A stretch of DNA of 39,617 bases from an uncultured Prolixibacteraceae bacterium. GTDB lineage: Bacteria > Bacteroidota > Bacteroidia > Bacteroidales > UBA1556. This document shows positions 7,590-17,935 of this stretch, one piece after another. Numbering within the stretch: position 1 is the first letter of the stretch; each line of letters opens with the position of its first letter. A program made the translations under genes and the position numbers. The stretch lies in contig CAZPGC010000006.1 of assembly GCA_964585875.1 (NCBI GenBank), positions 1,879 through 41,495 of the forward strand, in the 5' to 3' direction. Under the pieces are notes generated by a model. The model did not search any database and had not been told where the DNA came from. It worked only from the letters and a program-made list of their open reading frames with translations.

Positions 7590-9395
7590 ATGGACAGTAT
7601 AAATTCCGGTGAAAAGTTATTTGAGGAGTTTCCGGAAATAACTAAGGATGAATGGATTAACAAGATAAAAATAGATTTAAAAGGAGCCGACTTCAACAAA
7701 AAACTGGTATGGCGCTTCGATGAAAATATCGACATACAGCCTTTCTTTATGAGCGAAGACCTTGAAAAATCGTACGGCACCGCAAAGGCCGGCCCTGACA
7801 ATAACTGGGAAATTCGCGAAGAAATAGACTTTGGAGATATCGAAAAAGCTGCTTCGCTAATCGAAAAGGGAGCCGAAGGTCTTACGGTAAAAGGCTTCGA
7901 CCTCAATGACGATAATGCCGCCGCACGACTTTTCGACAATGTTGACCTGAGCCGTACACCGGTGCATTTTTCTTCGGTTTACAGCTATTCAAAATTATTG
8001 TCGAAATTGAAAAAAGAAGCACTGAAGAGGGGTTTGGCCTTACAAAAACTAAAAGGCTCTTTCGATTTCGACTATTACAGCTATTATCTTTTTCGTCGTG
8101 AATTTTACAACTCTTTCGAGGCCAACAGAAAAGAGCTTAAGGTGTTGATAAACAGAGCAAAAGACAGTTTTTCAAAATTCAGAATCATTAATGTCAACGC
8201 CAAGCACTACCACAACAGCGGGGCAAGCCTTGTGCAAGAAACCGCCTTTGCATTGGCTCACGGAGCCGAATATCTTACCGACCTGACTGACGAAGGTTTA
8301 AGCGCCGATGACATTTTGCCGCGAATGCAATTTACCTTTGCCGCAGGCAGCTCATATTTTCCGGAAATAGCAAAATTCAGAGCGCTGAGATTTTTATGGA
8401 AACGCATTGCCGCTAAATTTAACCCTTCCGGCCATGACATAGCCGAAATGTATATCAATGCCGTATCGTCGGAATTTAACAAAGCCGTTTACGACCCCCA
8501 TGTCAACCTTTTAAGAAATACAACCGAGATTATGGCGGCCGTTATTGGCGGGTGCGATGCAATGACAGTTTCGCCACTTGACGCTTTTTTCAAAACTCCC
8601 GACGAGACCACGCGCCGCATAGCACGCAATCAGCAAATCATAATCAAAGAAGAGGTAAAGCTCAGGAAAGTGAAAGACCCCTCAAAAGGCTCTTATTACA
8701 TAGAAAAGCTAACGGAAATTTTCGTTGAAAAAATCTGGGAATTGTTTTTGGAAATAAGCAAAGCGGGAGGTTTCAGAGCCGTCCTCGAAAACGGTTTTAT
8801 CTTCGACCAAATAGAAAAATCCGCACGCAAAAAAGATATGGATATTGCAATGCGCAAGATTAACATATTGGGTGTCAATCAATTTCCAAACCTTAATGAA
8901 GAGAAACTGAAGGAAATTTCCAAACAAAAGAAAAGCACCTCAAAAGGGCTGAAACCATATCGTGGAGCCGAAGCCATAGAAGAGCTGCGACTCAAAACCG
9001 AGAGACATGTTGCGGCAGGCAACAAAAAACCTTTGATTTTTCTACTACCCTTCGGCGATTTGGGAATGCGCAAAGCAAGAGCCAATTTTGCCCTGAATTT
9101 TTTCGCTTGCGCAGGCTTTGAAGTGAAAGACAATAACGGTTTCGATACCATAAACCAAGGTTTGGAAGCCGCCTCCCGTGCCGGCGCCGACATCATTGTG
9201 CTGTGCAGCAGCGACGAGGAATATCTTGCGGCGGTTAAGGAAATTAAGGCCCCTAAAGACAAAATTGCCATAGCCGGTTATCCGCGTGATTTCGCTGACG
9301 AAATAAAAGCCGCAGGCATAGAACATTTTATCCACCTTCGCAGCAACCTTATTGACGAGCTAAAAACATTCCAACAGTTGACAGGCATTAAATAA
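7590..9395 (+). CDS. mutA: methylmalonyl-CoA mutase small (beta) subunit
   Basis: 601-aa ORF immediately upstream of mutB (7-nt gap). It shows mutase-barrel-like similarity ([20 protein letters not shown]) but has no DxHxxG cobalamin motif in the C-terminal domain. Confidence 0.85.
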   Translation: MDSINSGEKLFEEFPEITKDEWINKIKIDLKGADFNKKLVWRFDENIDIQPFFMSEDLEKSYGTAKAGPDNNWEIREEIDFGDIEKAASLIEKGAEGLTVKGFDLNDDNAAARLFDNVDLSRTPVHFSSVYSYSKLLSKLKKEALKRGLALQKLKGSFDFDYYSYYLFRREFYNSFEANRKELKVLINRAKDSFSKFRIINVNAKHYHNSGASLVQETAFALAHGAEYLTDLTDEGLSADDILPRMQFTFAAGSSYFPEIAKFRALRFLWKRIAAKFNPSGHDIAEMYINAVSSEFNKAVYDPHVNLLRNTTEIMAAVIGGCDAMTVSPLDAFFKTPDETTRRIARNQQIIIKEEVKLRKVKDPSKGSYYIEKLTEIFVEKIWELFLEISKAGGFRAVLENGFIFDQIEKSARKKDMDIAMRKINILGVNQFPNLNEEKLKEISKQKKSTSKGLKPYRGAEAIEELRLKTERHVAAGNKKPLIFLLPFGDLGMRKARANFALNFFACAGFEVKDNNGFDTINQGLEAASRAGADIIVLCSSDEEYLAAVKEIKAPKDKIAIAGYPRDFADEIKAAGIEHFIHLRSNLIDELKTFQQLTGIK

Positions 9396-9402
9396 TGAAA
9401 TT

Positions 9403-11538
9403 ATGAGACCGCAATATAAAAGAGAAGATATAGAGATAAAGGGGAAAGCCCCCGTAAATAAGACAGACGGAGGCGAGCTTTTGGAGACTCCCGAAACGAT
9501 AATGATAAAATCCGTTTACGACGAGTACGATATGGAAAATTTGGAGCACCTGCACTATGCCGCGGGGCTGCCGCCGTTTTTGCGCGGCCCCTACTCCACC
9601 ATGTACGTGATGCGCCCCTGGACCATCCGTCAGTATGCAGGATTCAGTACCGCCGAAGAGTCTAACGCCTTTTACCGGCGTAACCTTGCAGCCGGGCAAA
9701 AGGGACTGTCGGTGGCCTTCGACCTCGCTACCCATCGCGGTTATGACTCTGACCATGAGCGCGTTGTAGGCGATGTTGGCAAGGCCGGCGTTGCCATCGA
9801 CTCCATTCTCGATATGCAAATTCTTTTCGACCAAATTCCTTTGGATAAAATGTCGGTGTCCATGACCATGAACGGCGCGGTGCTGCCTGTTATGGCCTTT
9901 TACATCGTTGCCGCCGAAGAGCAGGGCATAAGCATGGACAAGCTCAGCGGCACCATCCAAAACGATATCTTGAAAGAGTTTATGGTACGAAACACCTATA
10001 TTTACCCACCGGAAATTTCCATGCGCATCATCTCCGATATTTTCGAGTTCACCTCGAAAAACATGCCCCGTTTTAACTCAATCTCTATCAGCGGCTACCA
10101 TATGCAAGAGGCGGGAGCTCCTGCCGATATCGAACTTGCTTATACTTTGGCCGACGGGCTGGAATACTTGAGAGCGGGAGTGAAAGCCGGCTTGGATATC
10201 GACAAATTCGCCCCCCGCCTGAGTTTTTTCTGGGGAATCGGCATGAACCATTTTATGGAAATTGCAAAAATGAGAGCGGCGCGTATGCTGTGGGCCAAGA
10301 TAGTTAAGGACTTCAATCCTTCAAATCCCAAGTCGATGGCACTTCGCACCCACTGCCAAACATCGGGATGGAGCCTCACCGAGCAAGACCCCTTTAACAA
10401 CGTTACGCGCACGGCGGTGGAAGCACTCGCCGCCGTTTTGGGACACACGCAGTCACTGCACACCAACGCCTTGGATGAAGCCATAGCCTTGCCGACCGAC
10501 TTCTCGGCGCGTATTGCCCGCAACACGCAAATTTACATACAGCAGGAAACCGATGTAACGCGGGCCATAGACCCGTGGGCAGGCAGCTATTACGTTGAAA
10601 GACTGACACATGAGATAGCTCACAAGGCCTGGGAGCACATCAAGGAAATAGAATCGCTCGGAGGAATGGCCAAAGCCATTGAAACGGGTATTCCGAAGAT
10701 GAGAATAGAAGAAGCGGCCGCACGCAAGCAAGCCCGTATAGACTCGGGAAAAGAAACAATTGTGGGGGTAAACAAATACCGCCTTGAGAAAGAAGAACCC
10801 ATTGAAATATTGGAAGTTGACAATACGGCGGTAAGACTTTCGCAGATAAAAAGGCTGGAACACTTGAAGAAAAACCGTAACAACGAAGAGGTTAAAGCTG
10901 CTTTGGATGCCATTAGCGAATGTGCCCGCACGGGTCGCGGAAATTTATTAGCTTTGTCGGTCGATGCGGCACGCAAACGTGCCACATTGGGCGAAATTTC
11001 TTATGCAATTGAAAAAGTAACAGGGAGGTATAAAGCAGTGATAAAATCCATATCGGGAGTTTATTCGTCTGAATCAAAAGACGACAAAGAATTTGAAGAA
11101 GCTGTCAGGCTTGCCGATAAATTTGCCGAATTGGAAGGACGCCGTCCCAGAATTATGATTGCCAAAATGGGTCAGGACGGTCACGACCGCGGCGCCAAGG
11201 TTGTCAGCACGGGCTATGCCGACATAGGCTTCGACGTGGATATCGGGCCGCTGTTTCAAACACCGGCGGAGGCAGCGCGGCAAGCCGTGGAAAACGACGT
11301 GCATATCCTCGGTGTCAGCAGCCTTGCGGCAGGACACAAAACCCTTGTGCCTCAGGTGATTGAAGAGCTGAAAAAGCTCGGTCGCGACGACATAATGGTC
11401 ATTGTAGGAGGAGTGATACCACACCAAGATTACCAATTTCTGTACGATGCCGGCGCCGTGGCCATCTTCGGTCCGGGCACCAAGATAGCCTCCGCCGCCA
11501 TTGAAATGCTGAAAATTTTATTGGCGAGATTTGAATAG
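9403..11538 (+). CDS. mutB: methylmalonyl-CoA mutase large (alpha) subunit, B12-dependent
   Basis: 711-aa ORF with [31 protein letters not shown] and GSYYVERLT motifs. The C-terminal B12-binding domain carries [12 protein letters not shown] (DxHxxG). Confidence 0.95.
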   Translation: MRPQYKREDIEIKGKAPVNKTDGGELLETPETIMIKSVYDEYDMENLEHLHYAAGLPPFLRGPYSTMYVMRPWTIRQYAGFSTAEESNAFYRRNLAAGQKGLSVAFDLATHRGYDSDHERVVGDVGKAGVAIDSILDMQILFDQIPLDKMSVSMTMNGAVLPVMAFYIVAAEEQGISMDKLSGTIQNDILKEFMVRNTYIYPPEISMRIISDIFEFTSKNMPRFNSISISGYHMQEAGAPADIELAYTLADGLEYLRAGVKAGLDIDKFAPRLSFFWGIGMNHFMEIAKMRAARMLWAKIVKDFNPSNPKSMALRTHCQTSGWSLTEQDPFNNVTRTAVEALAAVLGHTQSLHTNALDEAIALPTDFSARIARNTQIYIQQETDVTRAIDPWAGSYYVERLTHEIAHKAWEHIKEIESLGGMAKAIETGIPKMRIEEAAARKQARIDSGKETIVGVNKYRLEKEEPIEILEVDNTAVRLSQIKRLEHLKKNRNNEEVKAALDAISECARTGRGNLLALSVDAARKRATLGEISYAIEKVTGRYKAVIKSISGVYSSESKDDKEFEEAVRLADKFAELEGRRPRIMIAKMGQDGHDRGAKVVSTGYADIGFDVDIGPLFQTPAEAARQAVENDVHILGVSSLAAGHKTLVPQVIEELKKLGRDDIMVIVGGVIPHQDYQFLYDAGAVAIFGPGTKIASAAIEMLKILLARFE

Positions 11539-11609
11539 TTGTCCGAACAATCAATTTCTCTTTAGCCCCGGCAGATTGCCCGCGGACATAACCGATTTAT
11601 GACAAATAC

Positions 11610-11635
11610 AAGCTTTGACAAAAGCTTTTCTTTCT
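11610..11635 (+). terminator. weak AT-rich hairpin after mutB
   Basis: AAGCTTT-GACA-AAAGCTT (7-bp stem with only 2 GC pairs), followed by TTCTTTCT. Confidence 0.35.
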
Positions 11636-11642
11636 ACCTTTG
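11635..11642 (+). promoter_or_regulatory. -7 promoter box (TACCTTTG) upstream of the endonuclease I gene
   Basis: TAnnTTTG match 49 nt upstream of ATG 11691. Confidence 0.4.
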
Positions 11643-11690
11643 CCGTCCGGAAAAATTATCCGGTTTAAAGTTTTTTTAAACTAATTTATT

Positions 11691-12782
11691 ATGAAATTTT
11701 CGACCAATCGCTTGTTGCGACTTTTCTTTTTTACGGCACTGCTTTCTCTTTTTTTACATGCCCAAGGGCAGCCGCCCGCCGGATATTACGACAATGCCGT
11801 CGGCAAACAGGGCCTCGCTCTGCAAATTGCTCTGCACAACATAATTAAGGGGCACACCTCGGTGAGCTATTCTTCTTTGCACACCTATTTTCAAAGTACC
11901 GACAAGAAGCCCAACGGCAAGGTGTGGGATATGTATTCCGACGTGCCGGGCGGCACACCGCCATACCAGTTTACTTTCATTAGCGACAAATGCGGCACAT
12001 ACTCGCAGGAGGGCGACTGCTACAACCGCGAGCACTCGTTTCCGCAGTCGTGGTTTGGCAAACAATCGCCAATGAAATCCGACTTGTTTCACGTTTACCC
12101 CACCGACGGTTACGTCAACGGCAAGCGCTCATCGTATCCATACGGCGAGGTCGGCAACGCCGTTTGGACTTCGCAAAACGGCAGCAAGCTGGGACCTTGC
12201 ACCGCACCCGGATATTCGGGCACGGTCTTCGAGCCTATCGACGAATACAAGGGCGATTTTGCACGCACCTATTTTTATATGGCCGTGCGCTACTATTCCG
12301 AAGACAGCGGCTGGCAAAATAATGCCGCCGTTAACGGCTCGCAACCCAAAGCATGGTTTCTCAACATGCTGTATCAGTGGAATTTACAAGACACCGTGAG
12401 CCAAAAAGAGATAGACCGCAACAATGCTGTTTTCAACATTCAGCACAACCGCAACCCCTTTATCGACCGTCCCGATTGGGTGGATTCGCTGTGGTTTCCC
12501 ACAACCTCCAACAAGGGCACATCGAAGACGAGTCTTTCGCTTTCCGTTTTTCCAAACCCCGCTACAGACATCTGTAACATTCTGATTTTCAATTCAAAAG
12601 CAGACAATAAATTTGACATTAAAATTTACGATATAAGCGGCAGGCTCATTAAAACCGAAACAAGCACACAGGAAAGATTGATAAAGATAAACATGTCGGT
12701 TTTGGAACCGGGAATTTATTTTATAACTTTGGAAAATCGCGAGCAAGGTATTTTTAAGAAACTTAAAATCATAAAACAATGA
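11691..12782 (+). CDS. secreted endonuclease I family nuclease with T9SS C-terminal sorting domain
   Basis: 363-aa ORF with a signal peptide (LFFFTALLSLFLHAQG). Endonuclease I motifs are NREHSFPQSWF, DLFHVYPTDGYVNGKRS, KGDFARTYFYMAVRY and NRNPFID. The C-terminus LSVFPNPATD...GIYFITL...KIIK is a typical T9SS CTD. Confidence 0.8.
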   Translation: MKFSTNRLLRLFFFTALLSLFLHAQGQPPAGYYDNAVGKQGLALQIALHNIIKGHTSVSYSSLHTYFQSTDKKPNGKVWDMYSDVPGGTPPYQFTFISDKCGTYSQEGDCYNREHSFPQSWFGKQSPMKSDLFHVYPTDGYVNGKRSSYPYGEVGNAVWTSQNGSKLGPCTAPGYSGTVFEPIDEYKGDFARTYFYMAVRYYSEDSGWQNNAAVNGSQPKAWFLNMLYQWNLQDTVSQKEIDRNNAVFNIQHNRNPFIDRPDWVDSLWFPTTSNKGTSKTSLSLSVFPNPATDICNILIFNSKADNKFDIKIYDISGRLIKTETSTQERLIKINMSVLEPGIYFITLENREQGIFKKLKIIKQ

Positions 12783-13228
12783 GCAAGATACGACTTACCA
12801 AAGAATTTGACTTCGAAATGGCTCACGCCCTTTTGAATTACGACGGCTTGTGCAAACACATACACGGGCATTCTTACAAACTGGCCGTCACCGTGATAGC
12901 CGTGCCCAATTGGGATAAAAGCTCGCCCAAACGCGGTATGGTAATGGACTTCGGCGACCTTAAGAAGATTGTCAACAAGCTGATTGTAAAGCCCTTAGAC
13001 CACGCATTTGTGATAAATTCCGAGACTCCCGAAGAATATTACAAAAGCGGGAATCAGCTCTTCGACAGGCTTATAAAAGTGGATTATCAGCCCACTTGTG
13101 AAAATATGGTTATCGATTTTGCGGAGAGAATAAAGAAGGAGCTGCCCGAGGGCGTAAAGCTCTTCAGCGTGAAATTGCACGAAACGGCCACATCTTTTGC
13201 CGAATGGTATGCCGACGACAACGAATAA
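12779..13228 (+). CDS. queD: 6-carboxy-5,6,7,8-tetrahydropterin synthase
   Basis: 149-aa ORF. The FDFEMAHAL...CKHIHGHSYKL His/Cys motif marks the PTPS/QueD family. Its ATG overlaps the nuclease stop codon (ATGA). Confidence 0.9.
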   Translation: MSKIRLTKEFDFEMAHALLNYDGLCKHIHGHSYKLAVTVIAVPNWDKSSPKRGMVMDFGDLKKIVNKLIVKPLDHAFVINSETPEEYYKSGNQLFDRLIKVDYQPTCENMVIDFAERIKKELPEGVKLFSVKLHETATSFAEWYADDNE

Positions 13229-13232
13229 GCCG

Positions 13233-14000
13233 ATGACTCACGAAAAATTAAAAAATCTTCTCGAAGAAAAGGCTGCTTTTTACAACACTCCGGCTTTTAT
13301 CGAGTCCGACCCCATATCCATACCTCATCTTTTCACCAAAAAAGAAGACATCGAAATTTCAGGGTTTTTCTCCTCTGTTATAGCTTGGGGAAACAGAAAA
13401 ATGATTATCCGCAACGCCACAAAATTGATGGAGCTTATGGACAAGGCCCCTTACGATTTTGTGACGGGCTTTGAAGAAAGCGATTTGAAACGTTTTCGCG
13501 GCTTTGTCCACCGTACTTTTAACGATACCGACGTGATAACCTTTCTCAACTCGCTGAAAAACATTTACTTGAAACACAAGAGCTTGGAAAGTGTCATTGC
13601 AAAAGGTTATCGTGATAAAGGTAATGTTTTCGATGCCTTATCATACTTTTTCGAAGTGTTTTTCGAGATAGAACATCTGCCGCGCACGCACAAACACATC
13701 TCCAATCCGGCACGCGGTTCGGCGGCAAAACGCCTTAATATGTATTTGCGTTGGATGGTAAGAGACGACGATAAAGGTGTCGATTTCGGCATCTGGAAAG
13801 CCATTCCGCCATCGGCTCTTATGCTGCCCCTCGATGTTCACACTGCAAGGATAGGCAGAAAATTGGGGCTGCTGAAAAGAGCTTCAAACGACCGTAAAGC
13901 AGTGGAAGAGCTGACGGCACAACTCAGAGATTTCGACCCCGCCGATCCGGTAAAATACGACTTTGCCCTCTTCGGCATGGGGGTTTACGAGAAAATATGA
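13233..14000 (+). CDS. TIGR02757 / DUF2400-like protein (function unknown; glycosylase-like C-terminal helices)
   Basis: The tracked ORF starts at TTG 13197. ATG 13233, 4 nt after the queD stop, gives MTHEKLKNLLEEKAAFYNTPAFIESDPISIPH. GSAAKRLNMYLRWMVR...PLDVHTARIGRKLGLL resembles the family as I remember it. Confidence 0.65.
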   Translation: MTHEKLKNLLEEKAAFYNTPAFIESDPISIPHLFTKKEDIEISGFFSSVIAWGNRKMIIRNATKLMELMDKAPYDFVTGFEESDLKRFRGFVHRTFNDTDVITFLNSLKNIYLKHKSLESVIAKGYRDKGNVFDALSYFFEVFFEIEHLPRTHKHISNPARGSAAKRLNMYLRWMVRDDDKGVDFGIWKAIPPSALMLPLDVHTARIGRKLGLLKRASNDRKAVEELTAQLRDFDPADPVKYDFALFGMGVYEKI

Positions 14001-14098
14001 GATTTTTTGGGCGGTGATGCCGAAAAGCTTTTTTTATTGGCGTACCAAACTCCCTTCACAACCGTTTTTCAGATAAACAAAGCACACAGTGTTTCCCC

Positions 14099-14767
14099 TC
14101 AATCGATGGTGAGAAGCGCTTCCACCATTTTTATATCGGCGGGATGTGTTACCTTGATATTTGAATAGTTGCCTTCCACGAGGTTTATCTTGTGTCCCAA
14201 GGACTCCAAAACCGAAGCGTCGTCGGTAAAACGCTCACTATATTGTTGATTATAAGCTTCTTTTATAAGGTCTGAGATAAAACCTTGCGGTGTTTGAATA
14301 AGCCTTAGTTTGTTTCTGTCGAGCATTTTGCTTTCGGCGCCTTGCACCTCCCTTATGGTTTGGGCGGGTACAACACAAGGCACGGCATTGCCTTTTTTTT
14401 CTGTCGTTTCAATCACTCGCTTTATGGTATCGGGTCTTACCATGGGTCTCACCCCGTCGTGAATAAGCACAAGGCTGCCCGGAGGTATGTGTTGCAAACC
14501 GTTTTGAACCGAAAAAAACCTTTCGTCGCCACCCCGTACAAGCTGATGTTCAACCTGAAAATCGAACTCGGTACAAAGCTCTTTCCATAGCTGCAAGTAG
14601 TCGTCGGGGATAACGAGCACAATCTTCATTTTGGGGTCGTACTCGTGAAAAACATCGATGGTACGCATCAACAAGGTTCGACCCGAAACAGGTATAAATT
14701 GCTTTGGGAAAGGCGTATTCATACGCTTACCGGAACCACCGGCGGTTATGAGCACATACTTCTCCAT
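14099..14767 (-). CDS. ispD: 2-C-methyl-D-erythritol 4-phosphate cytidylyltransferase
   Basis: 222-aa ORF with N-terminal ITAGGSGKRM, plus VLIHDGVRP and IQTPQGF motifs. Confidence 0.9.
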   Translation of the reverse strand: MEKYVLITAGGSGKRMNTPFPKQFIPVSGRTLLMRTIDVFHEYDPKMKIVLVIPDDYLQLWKELCTEFDFQVEHQLVRGGDERFFSVQNGLQHIPPGSLVLIHDGVRPMVRPDTIKRVIETTEKKGNAVPCVVPAQTIREVQGAESKMLDRNKLRLIQTPQGFISDLIKEAYNQQYSERFTDDASVLESLGHKINLVEGNYSNIKVTHPADIKMVEALLTID

Positions 14768-14770
14768 GTC

Positions 14771-15814
14771 TTAAAGAATAAGCATGGCGTCACCATAGGT
14801 TAAAAACTTGTACTCTTCCTTTTTTGCCACCTCATAGCAGTGCAATAAAAAGTCGTAGCCTGCATAGGCAGCCGTTATCATCATCATGGGCGACTTCGGT
14901 GGATGAAAATTGGTAATCATGGCATCGGCAATGCTGAACTCGTGGGGTGGAAAGATAAACGAATTGGTCCAGCCGTCGAAGGGCTTCAGCCTTTTCGATA
15001 TGGTTACCGAAGACTCGAGAGCTTTCATCACCGTGGTACCTACGGCTACCACATTTTTCTTGCGGTCTTTTACCCTGTTTATTGTTTGCGCCGTTGACTC
15101 GTCGATAATTAAGCGTTCCGAGTCCATTTTATGTTTCGACAGGTCTTCCACTTCTATATTTCGAAAGTTGCCCAAGCCGGGATGCAGAGTGAGTTCGGTA
15201 AAGCCTATACCTTTGATTTCCAATCGCTTCATAAGCTCACGGCTAAAGTGCAAACCGGCAGTAGGGGCTGCCACGGCGCCTTCGTGTTTGGCAAAAATCG
15301 TTTGATATCGTTCCTCATCCTCGGGGATGGGGTCTCTATTCAAAGGTATGGGAGTTTCACCCAAGGTTTTGATGGTTTTCTTAAAATCGTCATAACTGCC
15401 GTCGAAGAAAAAACGGAGGGTGCGACCGCGGGAGGTAGTATTGTCAATCACCTCAGCCACCAATTCGTCATTCTCGCCAAAATAAAGTTTGTTACCTATT
15501 CTGATTTTTCGCGCCGGATTGACAAGAGCATCCCACAAGCGCGATTCCTTGTTAAGCTCCCGCAGGAGAAAAACTTCTATTCTGGCGTTTGTTTTTTCCT
15601 TGTAACCAATGAGTTTGGCGGGAAAAACTTTGGTGTTATTCAGAACGAACAAATCGCCATCGTCAAAATAGTTCAAGACATCCTTGAACATCTTGTGCTC
15701 AATTTCATGGGTTTCTCTATTGACAACCATCAATCGTGAATCGTCGCGGTTTGGTCTGGGGTAATTTGCTATCAATTCTTCCGGTAAATCATACCTGAAC
15801 TGCGAAAGTTTCAT
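14771..15814 (-). CDS. queA: S-adenosylmethionine:tRNA ribosyltransferase-isomerase
   Basis: 347-aa ORF with [40 protein letters not shown] and [12 protein letters not shown] motifs. Confidence 0.95.
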   Translation of the reverse strand: MKLSQFRYDLPEELIANYPRPNRDDSRLMVVNRETHEIEHKMFKDVLNYFDDGDLFVLNNTKVFPAKLIGYKEKTNARIEVFLLRELNKESRLWDALVNPARKIRIGNKLYFGENDELVAEVIDNTTSRGRTLRFFFDGSYDDFKKTIKTLGETPIPLNRDPIPEDEERYQTIFAKHEGAVAAPTAGLHFSRELMKRLEIKGIGFTELTLHPGLGNFRNIEVEDLSKHKMDSERLIIDESTAQTINRVKDRKKNVVAVGTTVMKALESSVTISKRLKPFDGWTNSFIFPPHEFSIADAMITNFHPPKSPMMMITAAYAGYDFLLHCYEVAKKEEYKFLTYGDAMLIL

Positions 15815-15929
15815 ATAAAGAGTTTTTAAAATCTTTTAAAAAAATCAAAATTCCTTGCCGGCATTTTCGCCAAACACACTCATTTTGACCCGTTATAAAT
15901 CTGATTTACAGCATATTGCAGTAAAACAA

Positions 15930-15985
15930 CCTGTTCTTTAACAGGGGTGCAAATATAATGCATAAATAGCTGTTTGTCAACAGCT
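15930..15985. promoter_or_regulatory. two CTGTT-N4-AACAG palindromes bracketing the queA promoter
   Basis: CCTGTTCTTTAACAGG (15930-15945) and AGCTGTTTGTCAACAGCT (15968-15985) have centres 39 bp apart, one on each side of the -7 box. Confidence 0.45.
15950..15957 (-). promoter_or_regulatory. -7 promoter box (TATATTTG on the minus strand) upstream of queA
   Basis: It is the only TAnnTTTG match in the queA upstream region. A TTG (CAA on the plus strand, 15978-15980) lies 20 nt upstream. The box is 136 nt from the queA ATG. Confidence 0.4.
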
Positions 15986-16019
15986 TTTTTAACATACTTA
16001 AACTTGCGGGTTAATTCCT

Positions 16020-16050
16020 ATCCGGAGAACAAAAGAACCGGATTTTTTTT
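16020..16050 (+). terminator. plus-strand-oriented terminator-like hairpin with T8 tail (no plus-strand gene assigned)
   Basis: ATCCGG-12 nt-CCGGAT followed by eight T (16043-16050). It lies between two minus-strand genes, and there is no A-tract on the other side. Confidence 0.4.
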
Positions 16051-16130
16051 CGTGAAGAAGGAGACATTATCGATTAAGCTTATTTCCATATTTTTCACGG
16101 CAACTAAAATGCCTCGTATCAGAAAAAAAA

Positions 16131-16988
16131 CTACAAAAGATTATCAACGCACAGCACAATAATCATCAGCATGGCGAAGATGTTTATTTTCATAAAATAA
16201 GGCATTGGGTTGATAAGCTTTTTTGAAAAATTCAACATGCGGAGAAAGGTTGCAATGAGCCAAACCGAAGAAAGTATGATTCCCGCCACGGCATAGGGTG
16301 ATTTTATGACTCCGTAAAGGGGCAGAAGCATAGCGGCCACGGCGGTGGCGAGTGTCCATATAAAAGTCACCATGCGAATATGGCGTGCGCTATAATAACG
16401 CGATAAGGAAGGGAAGCCGGCCTTTTCGTACTGCGGACCGTATTTTATCATAAGTAACCAAAAATGAGGCACTTGCCATACGAAAAAGAAGAGCCCCAAC
16501 ACCAAAGCCTGCATGTTTAACAAACTGCCGCCGCCGGCAACCCAACCCACCAAGGGCGGAATTGCTCCTATCACCGAGCCGGGAATGACGGCAAAGGGTG
16601 TTTTCTTTTTTAAGGGCGTGTAAATGACGTTGTACCATATCAAAGCCGTGATTCCCAACAACATAGCTTGCACATTTGCTCCTATTAAAATTATAAGGCT
16701 GCCGGTTACGGAAAAGGCAAGCGCAAGAATTAAGGCACTACCGGCTTTTATTCTACCTGAGGGGATAGGTCGTTTTGCCGTACGCGGCATCACAGCGTCT
16801 TCTTTTCTCTCCTGATATTGGTTCAATATTGCCGAGCCGCACGCAAGGATAAACAGACCGGCGACGGGAAGCGCCATACCTGCGTTATAGCCTCCGGCGA
16901 GCACATAGCCCGCAACGGTGGTGAGCATTACCATAACCGTGATGCGCACCTTGCTCAACTCAGCAATTATTTTCAACTTGTTATTCAC
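16131..16988 (-). CDS. ctaB: protoheme IX farnesyltransferase (heme O synthase)
   Basis: 285-aa UbiA-family membrane protein (NQYQERKEDAVMPRTAKRPIPSG). The start is a GTG that overlaps the subunit II stop by 8 nt, so the exact start is uncertain. Confidence 0.85.
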   Translation of the reverse strand: MNNKLKIIAELSKVRITVMVMLTTVAGYVLAGGYNAGMALPVAGLFILACGSAILNQYQERKEDAVMPRTAKRPIPSGRIKAGSALILALAFSVTGSLIILIGANVQAMLLGITALIWYNVIYTPLKKKTPFAVIPGSVIGAIPPLVGWVAGGGSLLNMQALVLGLFFFVWQVPHFWLLMIKYGPQYEKAGFPSLSRYYSARHIRMVTFIWTLATAVAAMLLPLYGVIKSPYAVAGIILSSVWLIATFLRMLNFSKKLINPMPYFMKINIFAMLMIIVLCVDNLL

Positions 16989-17901
16989 TATCTCTCAACG
17001 ATTTAAGGTATTCAACAATCATTTCCTTTTCTTTTCTCGAAAACACATCTTTATACGATTGCATCATTCCTTTGCCATAGCTTTTCACAACCTCGGCATT
17101 TGGTTGGTCAAGAGAACGGATAATATATTCCCTGTCAACCTTAATCTGTTTTTCTTCGCCCGATTCGCTTATCACGGTTTCCGTCCTTCCGTAAATATTC
17201 AGAAAAGTCGGCCCTACCACTCGTTTGCCGTTTGTGGAATGACAGCTGAAACAGGCATTTTTCTTCATCAAGGCAATGGCCGGATTCTCGTCAGCCTCTT
17301 CTTTTTTATTGTACCACTGATTATATTCTTCTTCGGGCACCACGTTCACTTGGCTAATCATATAAGCGTGCCTGTCGCCGCAGTATTCGGCACATAAAAT
17401 ATTGTAAACCCCCTCCTCTTGCGGCTTGAACCACATATAGTTGCTGTCACCCGGGACGCAATCTTCCTTTATTCTGAATGCCGGAATGTAAAGGCTGTGA
17501 ATAACATCCTTGGAAAACAAATCAAGCTTTACGGGCTTATCGAGGGGCACAACGAGGGTATCGCTCACCTTGCCGTTGGGATATTCGAAGGACCAAGACC
17601 ACATCTGACCTGTGGCTTTCACGGTGAGGGCTCCGTCGGGCACTTTTCTCATTTTCAGATAGCCTTCATAGCCGTAATAAAACATAACGAAAACGAGGAT
17701 GGTAGGCACGACCGTCCACAGAACTTCTAATCCCGTATGTCCTTTAATATCAGTAGCTTTGGGATTGCGTTTGTGATTGTATCGCCAAATGAAGTAAAGC
17801 ATCAAAAATGTCAGCCCTATGAGAAAAACCAGCGAAATGCTGATTATCAAAGCAAAGGCGAAATCCACATCACCGGAAAAACTTGAAGCATTGGAAAACA
17901 T
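16981..17901 (-). CDS. ctaC: cytochrome c oxidase subunit II with fused C-terminal cytochrome c (caa3 type)
   Basis: 306-aa ORF with two N-terminal TM helices, a CuA site CAEYCGDRHAYM and heme-c motif CFSCH. Confidence 0.9.
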   Translation of the reverse strand: MFSNASSFSGDVDFAFALIISISLVFLIGLTFLMLYFIWRYNHKRNPKATDIKGHTGLEVLWTVVPTILVFVMFYYGYEGYLKMRKVPDGALTVKATGQMWSWSFEYPNGKVSDTLVVPLDKPVKLDLFSKDVIHSLYIPAFRIKEDCVPGDSNYMWFKPQEEGVYNILCAEYCGDRHAYMISQVNVVPEEEYNQWYNKKEEADENPAIALMKKNACFSCHSTNGKRVVGPTFLNIYGRTETVISESGEEKQIKVDREYIIRSLDQPNAEVVKSYGKGMMQSYKDVFSRKEKEMIVEYLKSLRDSE

Positions 17902-17935
17902 ATTATCTTTAATTTATTGATTTTAACGAATTTAT

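Noticed and set aside
15815-15950. Possible preQ1 or SAM riboswitch in the long queA leader, and upstream of queD.
   Set aside because: I could not find the preQ1-I signature (a short stem followed by an A-rich tail of the form ...CCC...UAAAAAACUA) or other familiar riboswitch cores. In addition, queD has no leader at all because it overlaps the nuclease gene.
15974-16162. 62-aa plus-strand ORF in the queA/ctaB spacer, and a 23-aa minus-strand ORF at 16018-16089.
   Set aside because: The 62-aa ORF starts at TTG inside a palindrome, runs through the T8 hairpin and into ctaB on the opposite strand, and has a low-complexity sequence. The 23-aa ORF has no promoter or conservation evidence. Neither is reported as a gene.
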